DNA of 64,000 nt from Eledone cirrhosa (GCA_964016885.1 OZ024746.1:8618001-8682000), one strand, 5' to 3'; shown: positions 27,700 through 43,624, counted from the stretch's first letter. The notes: generated by a model from the sequence alone, not told the origin. Program-made: numbers and translations.

Positions 27700-30071
27700 T
27701 GTTGAACCCTCATACGTCTGTATATGATGTGAGAGTCCATCATATACATGCGTTATGTCCTCCAGAGTTGAACCCCCATACGTCTGCATGCGACGCGAGA
27801 GTCCATCATATACATGCGTTATGTCCTCCAGAGTTGAACCCTCATACGTCTGTATACGACGCGAGAGTCCATCATATACATGCGTTATGTCCTCCAGAGT
27901 TGAACCCTCATACGTCTGTATACGACGCGAGAGTCCATCATATACATGCGTTATGTCCTCCAGAGTTGAACCCTCATACGTCTGTATACGACGCGAGAGT
28001 CCATCATATACATGCGTTATGTCCTCCAGAGTTGAACCCTCATACGTCTGTATACGACGCGAGAGTCCATCATATACATGCGTTATGTCCTCCAGAGTTG
28101 AACCCTCATACGTCTGTATACGACGCGAGAGTCCATCATATACATGCGTTATGTCCTCCAGAGTTGAACCCTCATACGTCTGTATACGACGCGAGAGTCC
28201 ATCATATACATGCGTTATGTCCTCCAGAGTTGAACCCTCATACGTCTGTATACGACGTGAGAGTCCATCATATACATGCGTTATGTCCTCCAGAGTTGAA
28301 CCCTCATACGTCTGTATACGACGCGAGAGTCCATCATATACATGCGTTATGTCCTCCAGAGTTGAACCCTCATACGTCTGTATACGACGTGAGAGTCCAT
28401 CATATACATGCGTTATGTCCTCCAGAGTTGAACCCTCATACGTCTGTATACGACACGAGAGTCCATCATATACATGCGTTATGTCCTCCAGAGTTGAACC
28501 CTCATACGTCTGTATACGACACGAGAGTCCATCATATACATGCGTTATGTCCTCCAGAGTTGAACCCTCATACGTCTGTATACGACGCGAGAGTCCATCA
28601 TATACATGCGTTATGTCCTCCAGAGTTGAACCCTCATACGTCTGTATACGACGCGAGAGTCCATCATATACATGCGTTATGTCCTCCAGAGTTGAACCCT
28701 CATACGTCTGTATACGACGCGAGAGTCCATCATATACATGCGTTATGTCCTCCAGAGTTGAACCCTCATACGTCTGTATACGACGTGAGAGTCCATCATA
28801 TACATGCGTTATGTCCTCCAGAGTTGAACCCTCATACGTCTGTATACGACGTGAGAGTCCATCATATACATGCGTTATGTCCTCCAGAGTTGAACCCTCA
28901 TACGTCTGTATACGACGTGAGAGTCCATCATATACATGCGTTATGTCCTCCAGAGTTGAACCCTCATACGTCTGTATACGACGCGAGAGTCCATCATATA
29001 CATGCGTTATGTCCTCCAGAGTTGAACCCTCATACGTCTGTATACGACGCGAGAGTCCATCATATACATGCGTTATGTCCTCCAGAGTTGAACCCTCATA
29101 CGTCTGTATACGACGCGAGAGTCCATCATATACATGCGTTATGTCCTCCAGAGTTGAACCCTCATACGTCTGTATACGACGCGAGAGTCCATCATATACA
29201 TGCGTTATGTCCTCCAGAGTTGAACCCTCATACGTCTGTATACGACGCGAGAGTCCATCATATACATGCGTTATGTCCTCCAGAGTTGAACCCTCATACG
29301 TCTGTATACGACGTGAGAGTCCATCATATACATGCGTTATGTCCTCCAGAGTTGAACCCTCATACGTCTGTATACGACGTGAGAGTCCATCATATACATG
29401 CGTTATGTCCTCCAGAGTTGAACCCTCATACGTCTGTATACGACGCGAGAGTCCATCATATACATGCGTTATGTCCTCCAGAGTTGAACCCTCATACGTC
29501 TGTATACGACGCGAGAGTCCATCATATACATGCGTTATGTCCTCCAGAGTTGAACCCTCATACGTCTGTATACGACGCGAGAGTCCATCATATACATGCG
29601 TTATATCCTCCAGAGTTGAACCCTCATACGTCTGTATACGACGTGAGAGTCCATCATATACATGCGTTATGTCCTCTAGAGTTGAACCCTCATACGTCTG
29701 TATACGACGCGAGAGTCCATCATATACATGCGTTATGTCCTCCAGAGTTGAACCCTCATACGTCTGTATACGACGCGAGAGTCCATCATATACATGCGTT
29801 ATGTCCTCCAGAGTTGAACCCTCATACGTCTGTATACGACGCGAGAGTCCATCATATACATGCGTTATGTCCTCCAGAGTTGAACCCTCATACGTCTGTA
29901 TACGACGCGAGAGTCCATCATATACATGCGTTATATCCTCCAGAGTTGAACCCTCATACGTCTGTATACGACGTGAGAGTCCATCATATACATGCGTTAT
30001 GTCCTCTAGAGTTGAACCCTCATACGTCTGTATACGACGCGAGAGTCCATCATATACATGCGTTATGTCCT
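27700..30071. repeat. 66-bp minisatellite (~36 copies)
   Basis: Unit gagttgaaccctcatacgtctgtatacgacgcgagagtccatcatatacatgcgttatgtcctcca. Confidence 0.99.
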
Positions 30072-30146
30072 TGAGAAAGACTTTACTTCTCTTTGCACTT
30101 TCTACCACGAGTTTACAGCCGGTAGATAGTATCTGTAATGGAAAAA
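30056..30146 (+). mobile_element. Decayed SINE central domain (second family) continuous with the 66-bp array
   Basis: gcgttatgtccttgagaaagactttact..ggtagatagtatc..aatggaaa matches the reverse complement of 59625-59710. Confidence 0.6.
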
Positions 30147-30914
30147 CTAATGGAAACATTGTTTCCTTGGTCCATGCATACATATATATATATATACATA
30201 CATATACTCATGCATACTAACATACAAACAAGGATAGATGCATGCATACATAAATACATACATACAAACATTCATACGTACGTACATACATACATACATA
30301 CACACACACATACACATATTCATATAAACAGACATACAAACATACTTACATGCAAAAATACAAACGTACGTACACACACACATGCATCTATCCATCCATC
30401 CATACATACATACACACATCCATCTATCCATCCATCCATACCTACATACATACATACATAAGTACATAGAGACATCCATCCATCCATACATCCATCCATC
30501 CATCCATACCTACATACATACATACATAAGTACATATATAGATACATCCATCCATCCATACATCCATCCATACCTACATACATACATACATAAGTACATA
30601 GAGACATCCATCCATCCATACATCCATCCATCCATACCTACATACATACATACATAAGTACATATATAGATACATAGAAGTAAAATGTCCGGTAGATATC
30701 GCCAAGAATCACAACTATTCTCCCAGTGAAATATTTCTGATAGTGATTCTGTTATTTTTACCACTCTCATCTCAAATATTGACATAAGCTTTAATGGAAT
30801 TTCATTGCTGCACATAACTATGAATAACAATTATTTTTTTCTTCTTCTCTCTTAAGTAACATTCTAGAAATGAATGTATGTGTTGGTATTAGCGATAGTG
30901 ATCGTGTTGGCTGT

Positions 30915-31113
30915 TGTTTTTATTGTTGTGGGTCATTGTTGTGGTGGTTGTTATTGTTGTTGTGGTTGTTATTGTTGTTGTGGTTGATATTGTTGTTGTG
31001 GTTGTTGTTGTGGTTGATATTGTTGTTGTGGTTGTTGTGGTTGTTGTTATTGTGGTTGTGGTTGTTATTGTTGTTGTGGTTGTTGTTGTTGTGGTTGCTA
31101 TTGTTGTTATTGC

Positions 31114-31182
<69 letters not shown>

Positions 31183-31250
31183 GAAGAAGAAGAAGAAAAA
31201 GAAGAAGAAGAAGAAGAAGAAGAAGAAGAAGAAGAAGAAGAAGAAGAAGA
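30915..31250. repeat. Compound (GTT)n-(AAT)n-(AAG)n microsatellite
   Basis: Seen directly. Confidence 0.97.
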
Positions 31251-31618
31251 AATTCAGATGAATTAGCAGCAACAGCAACAATAGCAGCAGTTCCAATTTC
31301 CTCCGTAAGTGAGCTTTCCTTTTCAATTATTCATTAACAGATGTGTTATTTCTTTATAACTGTTGTTCATTAGACATCCTCTTAGAGAGAGAGAAATAAT
31401 TCTGACGTAAGAAAACTCCTCCACAAATCTCCAGTCTCTTATTTTCATACGCATATTTTTCGGAAATATTTCATTCATGCTTTGCGTTATTTCTTTAATC
31501 CCACTTAAACTCCACGTCTATGTCTCGCAGTGTATACATTTTCAGCCTCTACTTCATTCTCGTTTTACCTGTTTTATTTTCTACCTATCTATAAATCTAT
31601 TGCTCTCCACACACTCTC

Positions 31619-31653
<35 letters not shown>

Positions 31654-31958
31654 CCTTAGATCGTTCTGTGCTGTGCTACATGTTGCTTGGTCCTTGAACG
31701 GTTTTAGTTGCATGTGAGTTTTTCTATGAGTTTTCTATGAGTTTTTCTATGAGAAGTTAAAATCGCTAGCATCGTCTCTATTTCTGGTAAAAAGAAACGC
31801 TGTGTGTGATCTCTCACGATCTTTTTCACAGCACAATTTAACCTATATTGAGAGAGAGAGAGGGTGGATGAGAGAGGAGAGAAAGATAAAGAGAGAGAGA
31901 GAGAGAGAGCAAGAGAGAGGAGAGAGAGGGTGAGGAGAGCTAGATAGATAGAGAGAGA

Positions 31959-31997
<39 letters not shown>

Positions 31998-32002
<5 letters not shown>

Positions 32003-32181
32003 AGAGTCAGGACCCCAACGACTGAGCTCCGGCCGTTTCGATAGCTAGCGTTCAGAACTAGCTGTCGAAACAGCCGGAGCTCAGCCGTCGGGGTCCTGAC
32101 TCTTTTCCTATTACCCACTCTACTACCCTAAGTATTGAGTACTCTAATGCGTTATGCTCCACCTCGTTCCTTACCACACTT

Positions 32182-32186
<5 letters not shown>
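31998..32186 (+). mobile_element. Family-A (diverged) snap-back PLE-end element
   Basis: Imperfect palindrome 31999-32107 plus the family-A tail; TA-flanked. Confidence 0.75.
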
Positions 32187-32838
<652 letters not shown>

Positions 32839-32858
32839 TATATATATATGTATATATG

Positions 32859-33078
<220 letters not shown>

Positions 33079-33364
33079 AAGAATGAAAAATCGACTTCAG
33101 TCCTTGACTGGTTTGGTTGTTTATTTGTTAGTCTCGAAAGGATGAAAGGCAAACTAGACAATGGCGCATTTGAACTCGGAACCCGCAGAGTCGGAACAAG
33201 TATCTCAAATCATTTTGTTTCACACCCCCTTCACTTGTATTGGCCTTAATTATGGACAATGCCTGAAAGTTCACTACCTTGTGTACAGATTATTCTATAT
33301 ACTGATTAACCAACCCTTGATTTTGCATATCAAGCATTTTAGTACATAATAAATAATCCCTGCA

Positions 33365-33792
33365 TACACTCGGGTCTTGAATAATGTCCCATTCCCACCA
33401 CACTTATTAATTTTTCAGGTTTTTTCCATTCCACCGCTCTTAGTACCTCTACCCCCGCTTATTAAATTTTGCTAATCTATCTGCGGCGAAATTCTATTTT
33501 AAGTAGTAGCACTCCTGCGACAATTAATTTGCTTTATACATTAAATAAAACATTATATATGACAAAAACAGTACATTATTAGAAATCCCATACATTATAA
33601 AACAGATAGGATGGGTTGGGATTTTCAATATGTAAACTAAACGACTAATTCTGTTTTTAATAAAAATCAACGGAGATAACCTACAAAAATTACCGATTTC
33701 CAACTCCGGTATTCCCCCATGCCGCATATACCGACTCTTCCTGCTTATCCCTGCTTGCTCCACCCACCCCTATTATTTGGGACCTGAGTGTA
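33365..33792. mobile_element. MITE with ~22 bp TIRs and TA ends
   Basis: TACACTCGGGTCTTGAATAAT ... ATTATTTGGGACCTGAGTGTA. Confidence 0.65.
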
Positions 33793-34643
33793 ATTAAATA
33801 TCTCCATCATAACGAGTTGGAATAAACATGTTATTAGTTATATCCGTTTATAAAATATCGAAACATCACTCATCATTAGTTTAAAATACTTGTACGGTTT
33901 TAGTGAAACAAATACAGTTTTCGTTTCTTTTAAATCTCAAGAAATCTTATCCAAAGCTTTCAACTAGACTATGTCTAGATATTATAATTCATAATATTTT
34001 CTGAGACTAATGTTATTATAAAGACTAGAACATATATTAGTAGTTAATATGTTCCCTGCAAATGTTGTAGATATTATAAGACTTCTTAAGATCATGCGTA
34101 CTTCATATTGCTTCTGTGGTAGCTAATGTAGTTATAAAATAGTTATGAAAATAAATGTACATGATGAAATCAACGAATACACAGTTGAGTTGTGTTTAGT
34201 TATGTTTAATTAAATACATGTCTGAGTAAAAGCTAATCATTTATTTGCATTGCGAGTGAAATATAATAAAGAAAGATAAATAAAAAAGCAATTCAGGAGA
34301 TAACGGTTAGAATCTCGCTTTTGTTTCTCCTGCAGAGAGCTTTTACGTAATCATTTGACCTACTAAAAAAATATAAAAAATAGCGAAATCTCCCTCAAAT
34401 CATACCCAACTGTCATAGAAGGTTAAAGGATAATGTAATGGTATTATCCCCTAAACCGATGGGTTGGTCGCGTCTGGAATGATTTTTGTTTTACCATAAA
34501 CTTACTCGATAAAACGGTTAAGCAACAACTGATTCCAGAAATTTCAATAGAAATAAGTATATATATGTTTTTAAACATGGAGTCTAGCAACTTGAACAGA
34601 AGAGTCTCAGTTTAAGAATTGAAAATAGAGGGAATATTATTTG

Positions 34644-34830
34644 GTGGGTTGGCAGTATCGGTAGAGGGTCTGATGCCATACTTTGCAGTAAAGAGTTACG
34701 GCCCTTTATGGTCTGAGTTCAAATCCCGCCGAGGTTAACGTTGCCTTTCATTCTTACGGGGTCGATAAAATAAAGTACCAGTAATGTACTGGGATAATTG
34801 CTGGCCTTGTGCCAAAAGTAGAAACAATTA
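34644..34830 (+). mobile_element. SINE (Meta-like family)
   Basis: Full-length match to the 14007 copy. Confidence 0.88.
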
Positions 34831-35182
34831 GTTATCAGGTGATAAACTAGAAAAATTATCACTTACAAGGATTTTTATTGTCCTCTTGGCTATCAGTTAC
34901 TTCATTTGTATATCTATAGAGATGGGTATTGTTATTGCACTTGAACGTATGCGTTTGTGTGTGTGCGCGTGTGTTGATATGTGCAGCTGGACATTCCAAG
35001 TCTTGTTTTTGTGGTGAAGAACAATAACTTTCAAAGTTAAACTTTTATTAGGTTCAATCCTCAACAACTATTTATCGTAAAATCACTTAACTTTTAACTA
35101 TACAAAATATTTCAGCAATGCTAGTATAGTCACTGCCTCCATATCTCTCGCTCTCCCAATCTTTCACTATTATAAGCAAATA

Positions 35183-35250
35183 GGGGCCCTGTCGGAGAGA
35201 ATAGAGAAGGCGTTTCTCCGGAGGAGGGTGAGGGAGACGCGTTGGAACGG
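35183..35250 (-). mobile_element. CRE 3'-terminal fragment
   Basis: Reverse frame FQRVSLTLLRRNAFSILS, like the end of the 1290-1915 fragment. Confidence 0.65.
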
Positions 35251-35297
35251 AATGACCAAGTCAGGTTTATCTTTCAACATAATCCCTGGAAATAAAT

Positions 35298-35487
35298 AAT
35301 TGTTTCTAATTTTGGCACAAGGCCAGCAATTACCCCAGTGCATTACTGGTATTTTATTTTATCGACCCCGTAAGGATGAAAGGCAAAGTTAACCTCGGCG
35401 GGATTTGAACTCAGAATGGAAAGGGCCGTAACTCTATGCGTCAAAGCATGGTGTCCGACCCTCTACTGATACTGCCAATCCACTGCC
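35298..35487 (-). mobile_element. SINE (Meta-like family)
   Basis: Full-length reverse match. Confidence 0.88.
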
Positions 35488-35931
35488 AAGAAATAATGCA
35501 TGCAAGATTTCACAGCTCTAGCATCAAACCTTCATGGTCAGCCTATGAACGTTTCAGCCGACCCTCGTATTTTTCAAGTTTTTGTAATGGGAATTGTTGC
35601 TGCAGATGTGATTAAGAAGTTGGTGGATTGTCAGAATTGGTAGATTGTCAGAATGGTAGATTGTCAGAATTGGTAGATTGTCAGGTATAATATCATTGGG
35701 GTATGTATTTCTTTACAATCTGAGTACAAATGCTACCGAAGTCAACTTCGCTTTAAATCCTTCTTGGGTTCATAAAAAAATGACCAGTCAAGATGTAATC
35801 AACGCCGGCCTTCCACATAAATTTACTAGGCTCCCGTCTTCGTAGGACGCCTGAGTTATTGACGAGGGGATACCAAATATGATTAGTTGCATGTTCGAAA
35901 ATACTTGCCTAAGTTGTTTGTTTATTATTAA

Positions 35932-36124
35932 GGGCGGTGAATTGGCAGTATCGTTAGAGGGTTGTACGCCATGCTTTCCAGCATAGAGTTATGTCCCTTT
36001 ACAGTCTCAGTTCAAATCCCGTCTAGCTTAACTTTGCCTTTTATCCCCACGGGGTCGATAAAATAAAGTACCAGTAATACACTGGGCTAATTGATGGCCT
36101 TGTGCCAAAAGTAGAAACAATTAT
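35932..36124 (+). mobile_element. SINE (Meta-like family)
   Basis: Full-length match. Confidence 0.85.
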
Positions 36125-36185
36125 TATTAGTAGTCCCCAACTGTTTTATAGTATTACTGCAGCTGAATATGATGATGACGACGAC

Positions 36186-36218
<33 letters not shown>

Positions 36219-36812
36219 TAAAGACGAACAGGGCGGAAGAGAAGGCGGGGCAGGTTTGGTAAGAAGAATAAGGTCGCTTTGTTCCCTCAAATCCCTTTAC
36301 AACTAGGAAAGTGAGCAAAAGTGTTTATAAATAGATTTCAAATGTGAGAAAGCAATAATTAGAATGTTCATTAATATCTCTGAAACATATTGACAGAAGC
36401 GGAAAGAGTGATAAAGTGTGTGTGTGTGTTTATGTGTAGGAGAGAGAGAGAGAGAGAGGGTGCAGGAGGATATGCAGAGATAGACAGAAGTAAAGAGAGA
36501 AAGAGTGGCGAGTGAGAAGGTTCCGTCTTTATGTAGAGAATGCTGTAATGATGTTATATAAAGCTTTCTCCCCATTGTTTACACATCCCTATGTCATATA
36601 TTTTAAGATACAAAACTTCTACTGGAAGGGGGAATAATAATCAGCAGAAAAGTAAAAGAATGTGTCAGAGAAATATTCCAGAGTTATATTGGGAACGGTT
36701 TGGTGATAGTCGTTATTCACTCTCCCTAATTGTTTACACATCTTCGTGTTATATGTTTGAAAAAAGATTAAAAAATCAAACGGGATGAGAAAATAACAAA
36801 ATGAACAGGTAG

Positions 36813-36920
<108 letters not shown>

Positions 36921-36947
36921 CTCTCACACACACACACACACACACAT

Positions 36948-36993
<46 letters not shown>

Positions 36994-37472
36994 GACGAAT
37001 GGGATAAAATGGCTGAGGCGCGTGTGAAGTGTAGACGTTTGATCAAGTCAGGAAATGAACAATTTGAAACTCGTCGAAGAGAACACCTAACACTGAAAAG
37101 GAAGGTGAAGAAAAGGGACTATTCTGAACTGCCTCCCGTTGAGCAATATCTGGTTTGCCAGCACTGTGGTCGAGTCTGCCTGAGTAAAGCTGGTTTAACT
37201 AGTCACGAACAAAGTCATATCGGTAGACTTCATGTAGATTATGGTCTGAAAAGGTGTAAGGAATGTGGCAAGGAATGTGCAAGCATGGGAGCTCTTAAAA
37301 GACATATGAGACACACAGTCAGAACAAAGCAGTGGAAAGTCCTGGAGGAGCCTACAGTTGTCATGTGTGTGCCAGAGAGTGCAAGTCTTTGGCTGTTTTA
37401 AAGAGCCACATTTGTGACTCACACTTTTGAGCATTTTATCAGGCGATGGCAGTGCTCGAACACGAGTTTGCG

Positions 37473-37480
<8 letters not shown>
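36994..37480 (+). mobile_element. RTE-clade LINE 3' end with C2H2 zinc fingers
   Basis: WDKMAEARVKCRRLIKSG..FE.RR....KR..K then CQHCGRVCLSKAGLTSHEQSH, a typical RTE-BovB C-terminus; short 3' UTR ending in (TA)n. Confidence 0.8.
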
Positions 37481-37548
<68 letters not shown>

Positions 37549-37554
37549 GTGTGC

Positions 37555-37597
<43 letters not shown>

Positions 37598-37600
<3 letters not shown>

Positions 37601-37788
37601 CGAAGGAAATGTGGTAAGGAACCAGGTGGACCATAACGCACCAAAGTACTCAATACTTAGGGTAGTAGAGTGGGTAATAGGAACGAATAGGACCCCGACG
37701 GCTGAGCTCAAGCCGTTTCGACGGCTAATTCTAGTCCAGAATTAGCCGTCGAAACGGCTTGAGCTCAGCCGTCGGGGTCCTATTCGTT

Positions 37789-37792
<4 letters not shown>
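37598..37792 (-). mobile_element. Family-A snap-back PLE-end element (youngest; perfect arms)
   Basis: 37677-37732 is the exact reverse complement of 37738-37793 around loop agtcc; tail at 37598-37676. Confidence 0.85.
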
Positions 37793-37869
<77 letters not shown>

Positions 37870-38730
37870 TCACATTTACAGTCACACACACATCTCTATA
37901 TAAAATTCAATTTATAAAATTTAGGAATCCAATAACAGAACAGGACAACAGTCGATTGCTAAAAATAATAGCTTATAAAAACGGGTAAAATACCCCCCAG
38001 GACGGAAAAAAATGGTCAGCAGTCACCATGAAGTGTCTAACACCGGTCGAATGCCACCATTGAGCTAAGCCATATCTGTTATGGTTTCACTGCATTTATA
38101 TTCAATACTAAAACAACACCTTGGAGATAATTAAAATATTCCTGTTTGTATACAACAGTTTGAATAGGTTTTAAAATTTTCTGGCATAACGTTAGCACCA
38201 CTACGAAGAATAACACTCTGATTACCATCAAGAGAAGCTGTTCTATATGTATAGCGTCCAACAAAGAATAAACAAATGAATGTGATCAAATGATACAAAC
38301 AAAATTGCTTAGACCAGCTTTCTATATGATTATTTCTACAATACTCCTCTTGAAAGCTTGCATTATACATATTCAGTCTATGAGAAATGGATATCATCTG
38401 CTCACCCTATCATTTACGACGCCATTTTTCAAGAAGATAAACTAGCTCGAAATATTTTAGAATTGTCTGCATCTCATTTTACATGCAGTAAGATTGAAAG
38501 TCACGTGAGTCGCAAAACACTCCTACCTTGTATTCTCTTCTATGCAAACTGATATTTTTTTATGTATATCTTTGTAGAAATTACGCATATTTTCAAATTG
38601 TCGCAACAAAATATTGTAACACTTGATTCCGCTGTCACCAAACCGCCAAAATGAGACAGTGGTTAGAAGTTAAGACAAAATAACTAGCGCCATTGATTCT
38701 GACACTTTACGTTCCGAGTTCCAATCCCAC

Positions 38731-39046
38731 TGTAAAACAAATTGTTTCTCAGTTTCATCTTTTGTGAGAATGTTATTGTAATCCTGAATGAGTTTGACAC
38801 CTCTTTCTGCAACATCATTCACAACTGTCTTCTCAAGTTTTTCAAGTCCACTTTTGTAACCAGGATCATCCTTCAATGTTGAAGGGACTTTGTCGAGGAA
38901 CTCGGTGCTGATAGAAAATCTCAGAGGAAAGTTTTTGCACCAGGAGTTACAAAATACGAAAACTCAATGCTTGTAATGGAAGAAAAGTCATTTTGGTGCA
39001 GAATGTACGTCTTCAGTTGAATTTTTCACCTTCGTATGCTTCCAGC
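38731..39046 (-). pseudogene. hAT-superfamily-like transposase C-terminal fragment
   Basis: FVTPG..F..FSISTEFL.K.PSTLKDDPGY..G....VVNDVAERGVKLIQDYNNILTKDETEKQFVLQ; likely subterminal sequence at 38400-38660. Confidence 0.7.
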
Positions 39047-39047
39047 A

Positions 39048-40169
<1,122 letters not shown>

Positions 40170-40954
40170 GCAAGGAAAAGCGGGCGTAAAATGATGATGA
40201 TGATGATTTTAGTGCAATTGGTGTTATAGTAAATATTTGTAAGAAATAGAGCAGACAGAAGAGAGAAAGTTTTAACAAACACTGGTCATATTAAAGAGTG
40301 GTGGTACATTGTATACAACAAAATCATACATTACAAAAGATTGGTCTGATGCTCTATCGATTCTGCTGGTAATCCACCGTCCAAAGATTATAATTATAAT
40401 GACGCCTATTACGACAAAAAGAATTCAATAGAATTTTAAACATGACATCAAAGAGACGTGTATGATAAAGGGAGGTTCTATAAATATAGAATATAGAAGA
40501 AAAGTCAACAAGTGTTTATAGTGATCAAACAATCATATGCGTACGCAGGCACACACACATAAACACACACAGGTACCTACATTTGCATACGCCATATACA
40601 CAATGTACGGAAATACACCCACATACACACACGCATACACACACACACATACATCCACACACACGTATATATAGATACATTAACACATTCAATAAATAAA
40701 TAAATAAATAAGCGCTCCTGCCATAATAACACTTTTTGAACTGCTTATCCTCAAGAACTATGCCTGTAAATAATATTATTCTTTCTTTCCCATTACCTTA
40801 TTATGTTCCACATCACCCCTTTTTTGACTTCAAAAACCATGTTTGTAAATAATATTCTTTCTTTCCCATTTCAATAACATGTTCAACATCACCTTATCTT
40901 CTCTCCTAAATTTTATGCCAATACAAATTCCCCCTTTTTTCTCTCCCACTCACA

Positions 40955-40992
40955 TAATTTGATAATGCATAAAATGCTGAAACCGGTAATTG
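40955..40992 (+). ncRNA. Minimal hammerhead with U3:A8 core (family K)
   Basis: UAAU UUGAUAA UGCAU-AAA-AUGCU GAAAC-CG-GUA AUUG; stem I is weak (4 bp). Confidence 0.45.
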
Positions 40993-40999
40993 ATAATTA

Positions 41000-41039
<40 letters not shown>

Positions 41040-41439
41040 ATGATATTGTTAATTAATAAATAAATTACCAAATACGTTAACACTTCACACAAAGTTAAAT
41101 ATTTTGTTTTAAACATTTTCTAACCCAGAAAAAAGAGAAAAAAAAATAAAGGAAAAAAATATATTTTTCTTCCTAATAATCGTTTTTTTCTCCCTATTTA
41201 CATATATATATATTTCAAACCGTGTGTTCCTTCTCCACACGTTATAATTATATATATATATATCCAAAATCAAATTAAGGGTGTCATGTCTGAGAGACAT
41301 GCACCATATCCACCGTAGAATATGCTCAAAGATTCCAATGAATAGATCCGAGCATTTATATCAACTAGAAATTCATTGACATATATATATACGTCAATCA
41401 ATTTCTAGTTGATATATATATATATGGAGGCATGAATAT

Positions 41440-41526
<87 letters not shown>

Positions 41527-41575
41527 TGCCTCCATATACATAAATATATATCTATATATGTATATAGGTGTGTAT

Positions 41576-41830
<255 letters not shown>

Positions 41831-41858
41831 TAATATATATATATATGTATATACATCC

Positions 41859-41907
<49 letters not shown>

Positions 41908-42656
41908 TTTGTATTTCTGTTGTACATTATTGAACATAATTTTACTTACGAAAAATTGTGCAGCTGCACATTTCCTCCTTTTAAAAAATATTATTTTCAA
42001 TGCTTCCCTTTCCGATAAATGATTGACTGCACCCATACATAATCTATCATTTGTTTATGCTGGTGGGTAGATAGCAAGACGTTTCATTTAGATTAAATTG
42101 CTTGGCATCTCGATTTAAACATTACATTAAGCCGTTCACTATACATGTATTGGTGTAAAATTTGCAAAACGACTGGTACCTCAGTGATTATATGGAGAAA
42201 TTATGGCTCATTATGGCTGTAAACCATAAAATACGTTCTCCGACGATCTACCAATTCTAGCAATCCACTCCCTTTAACAGAACATTTTTTGTAAAAGCTA
42301 TTCGATAATATCTGTTTCCTCGTGAACTGAGCCTTGAATCCGTTTTCGGTTTTCTGACCATTATCATCCCACTTGGCTGATGTGCGGATATCTTCTTGAA
42401 AGAGTTTGAAAGTTGCAACTGTCCTTTCTTCACTCTCCAAAAGGAAATCCTATACTGCAAGCCTATCTAGAGTTGGGTGTCTGAGGCTATTTCGGTGTCA
42501 CTATCTTGGAGATATTAAGATATTACAGCAGAATAAAGAGACATATGTAGGAATAGATGTTATGTCGGAGTTAGTGAGCGACAGAGAAAGAGAGAAAGAA
42601 AAAAAAGAAGAAAATTAAAGTGAAGGAGAGAAAGTGAGAAGGAAAAACGTGTGTCG

Positions 42657-42715
<59 letters not shown>

Positions 42716-42716
42716 T

Positions 42717-42909
42717 AGATAAGATTCTACAGGACTAGAACTGTTTAATTCTTTAGAAATCATCTAGTTCGTGATATATATTAAAACCTTTATACTTTCT
42801 CATCTATATTAAAACCATAGTTCTCATCTATATTGAAACCTTTATACTCTGCTATGTATTGAGTACCTTACTTACTGTGGTTACCTCCGATTCAACCCGG
42901 AATAACTTA

Positions 42910-42912
<3 letters not shown>
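42717..42912. mobile_element. Family-B element: reverse HHR (42729-42776, mutated) + forward tail with stuttered junction
   Basis: Homologous to 3226-3352; fragments of tctcatctatattaaaacc are repeated at the junction. Confidence 0.7.
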
Positions 42913-42954
<42 letters not shown>

Positions 42955-43034
42955 ATTATTAAGGCTAACAAGTGAGTCTTGATAAACAGGCGAAACTCCA
43001 GAGTAACAAGACTCACATTTTTAGCCTTAATAAA

Positions 43035-43225
43035 AGTTTCTACTTTTGGCACAAGGCCAGCAATTATCCCAGTGTATTACTGGTACTTTATTTTATCGAC
43101 CCCGTAAGGATGAAAGGCAAAGTTAACCTCGGCGGGATTTGAACTGAAACCATAAAGTGGGCCGTAATTCTTTGCTGCAAAGCATGGGGTCAGACCCTCT
43201 AGCGATACTGCCAATCAACCGCCCT
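43035..43225 (-). mobile_element. SINE (Meta-like family)
   Basis: Full-length reverse match. Confidence 0.88.
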
Positions 43226-43555
43226 GCTTTCCCTCAACCATCAACCCCAAACGGATATATATATATGAAGGAAGGAGAAAAAGATAGATAGAGAAATAAG
43301 AGGGTGAGAGAGAGAGAGAGAGAGAGAGGGAGAGAAATGGACGGTAAATCTTGAGACTTTCAACACTCTGTTTATATTATCAACCATCCTAATTGGACGG
43401 AACCAGATACTAACGTCCAGTAGTGAATGTAATATAAATCCTAACTTCCAAGTTATTTCCTTAATCTTTTACAAGTATTTAATATTTGTTCTTCATTTCA
43501 CAATTCCTCCGTATCTAACTTTACCATCCTTTATTGACATACGGCCGTAAGGCAG

Positions 43556-43624
<69 letters not shown>

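Noticed and set aside
27691-30220. Three ~800-aa ORFs
   Set aside because: They are translations of a stop-free 66-bp tandem repeat, with SINE-derived flanks and no domain content.
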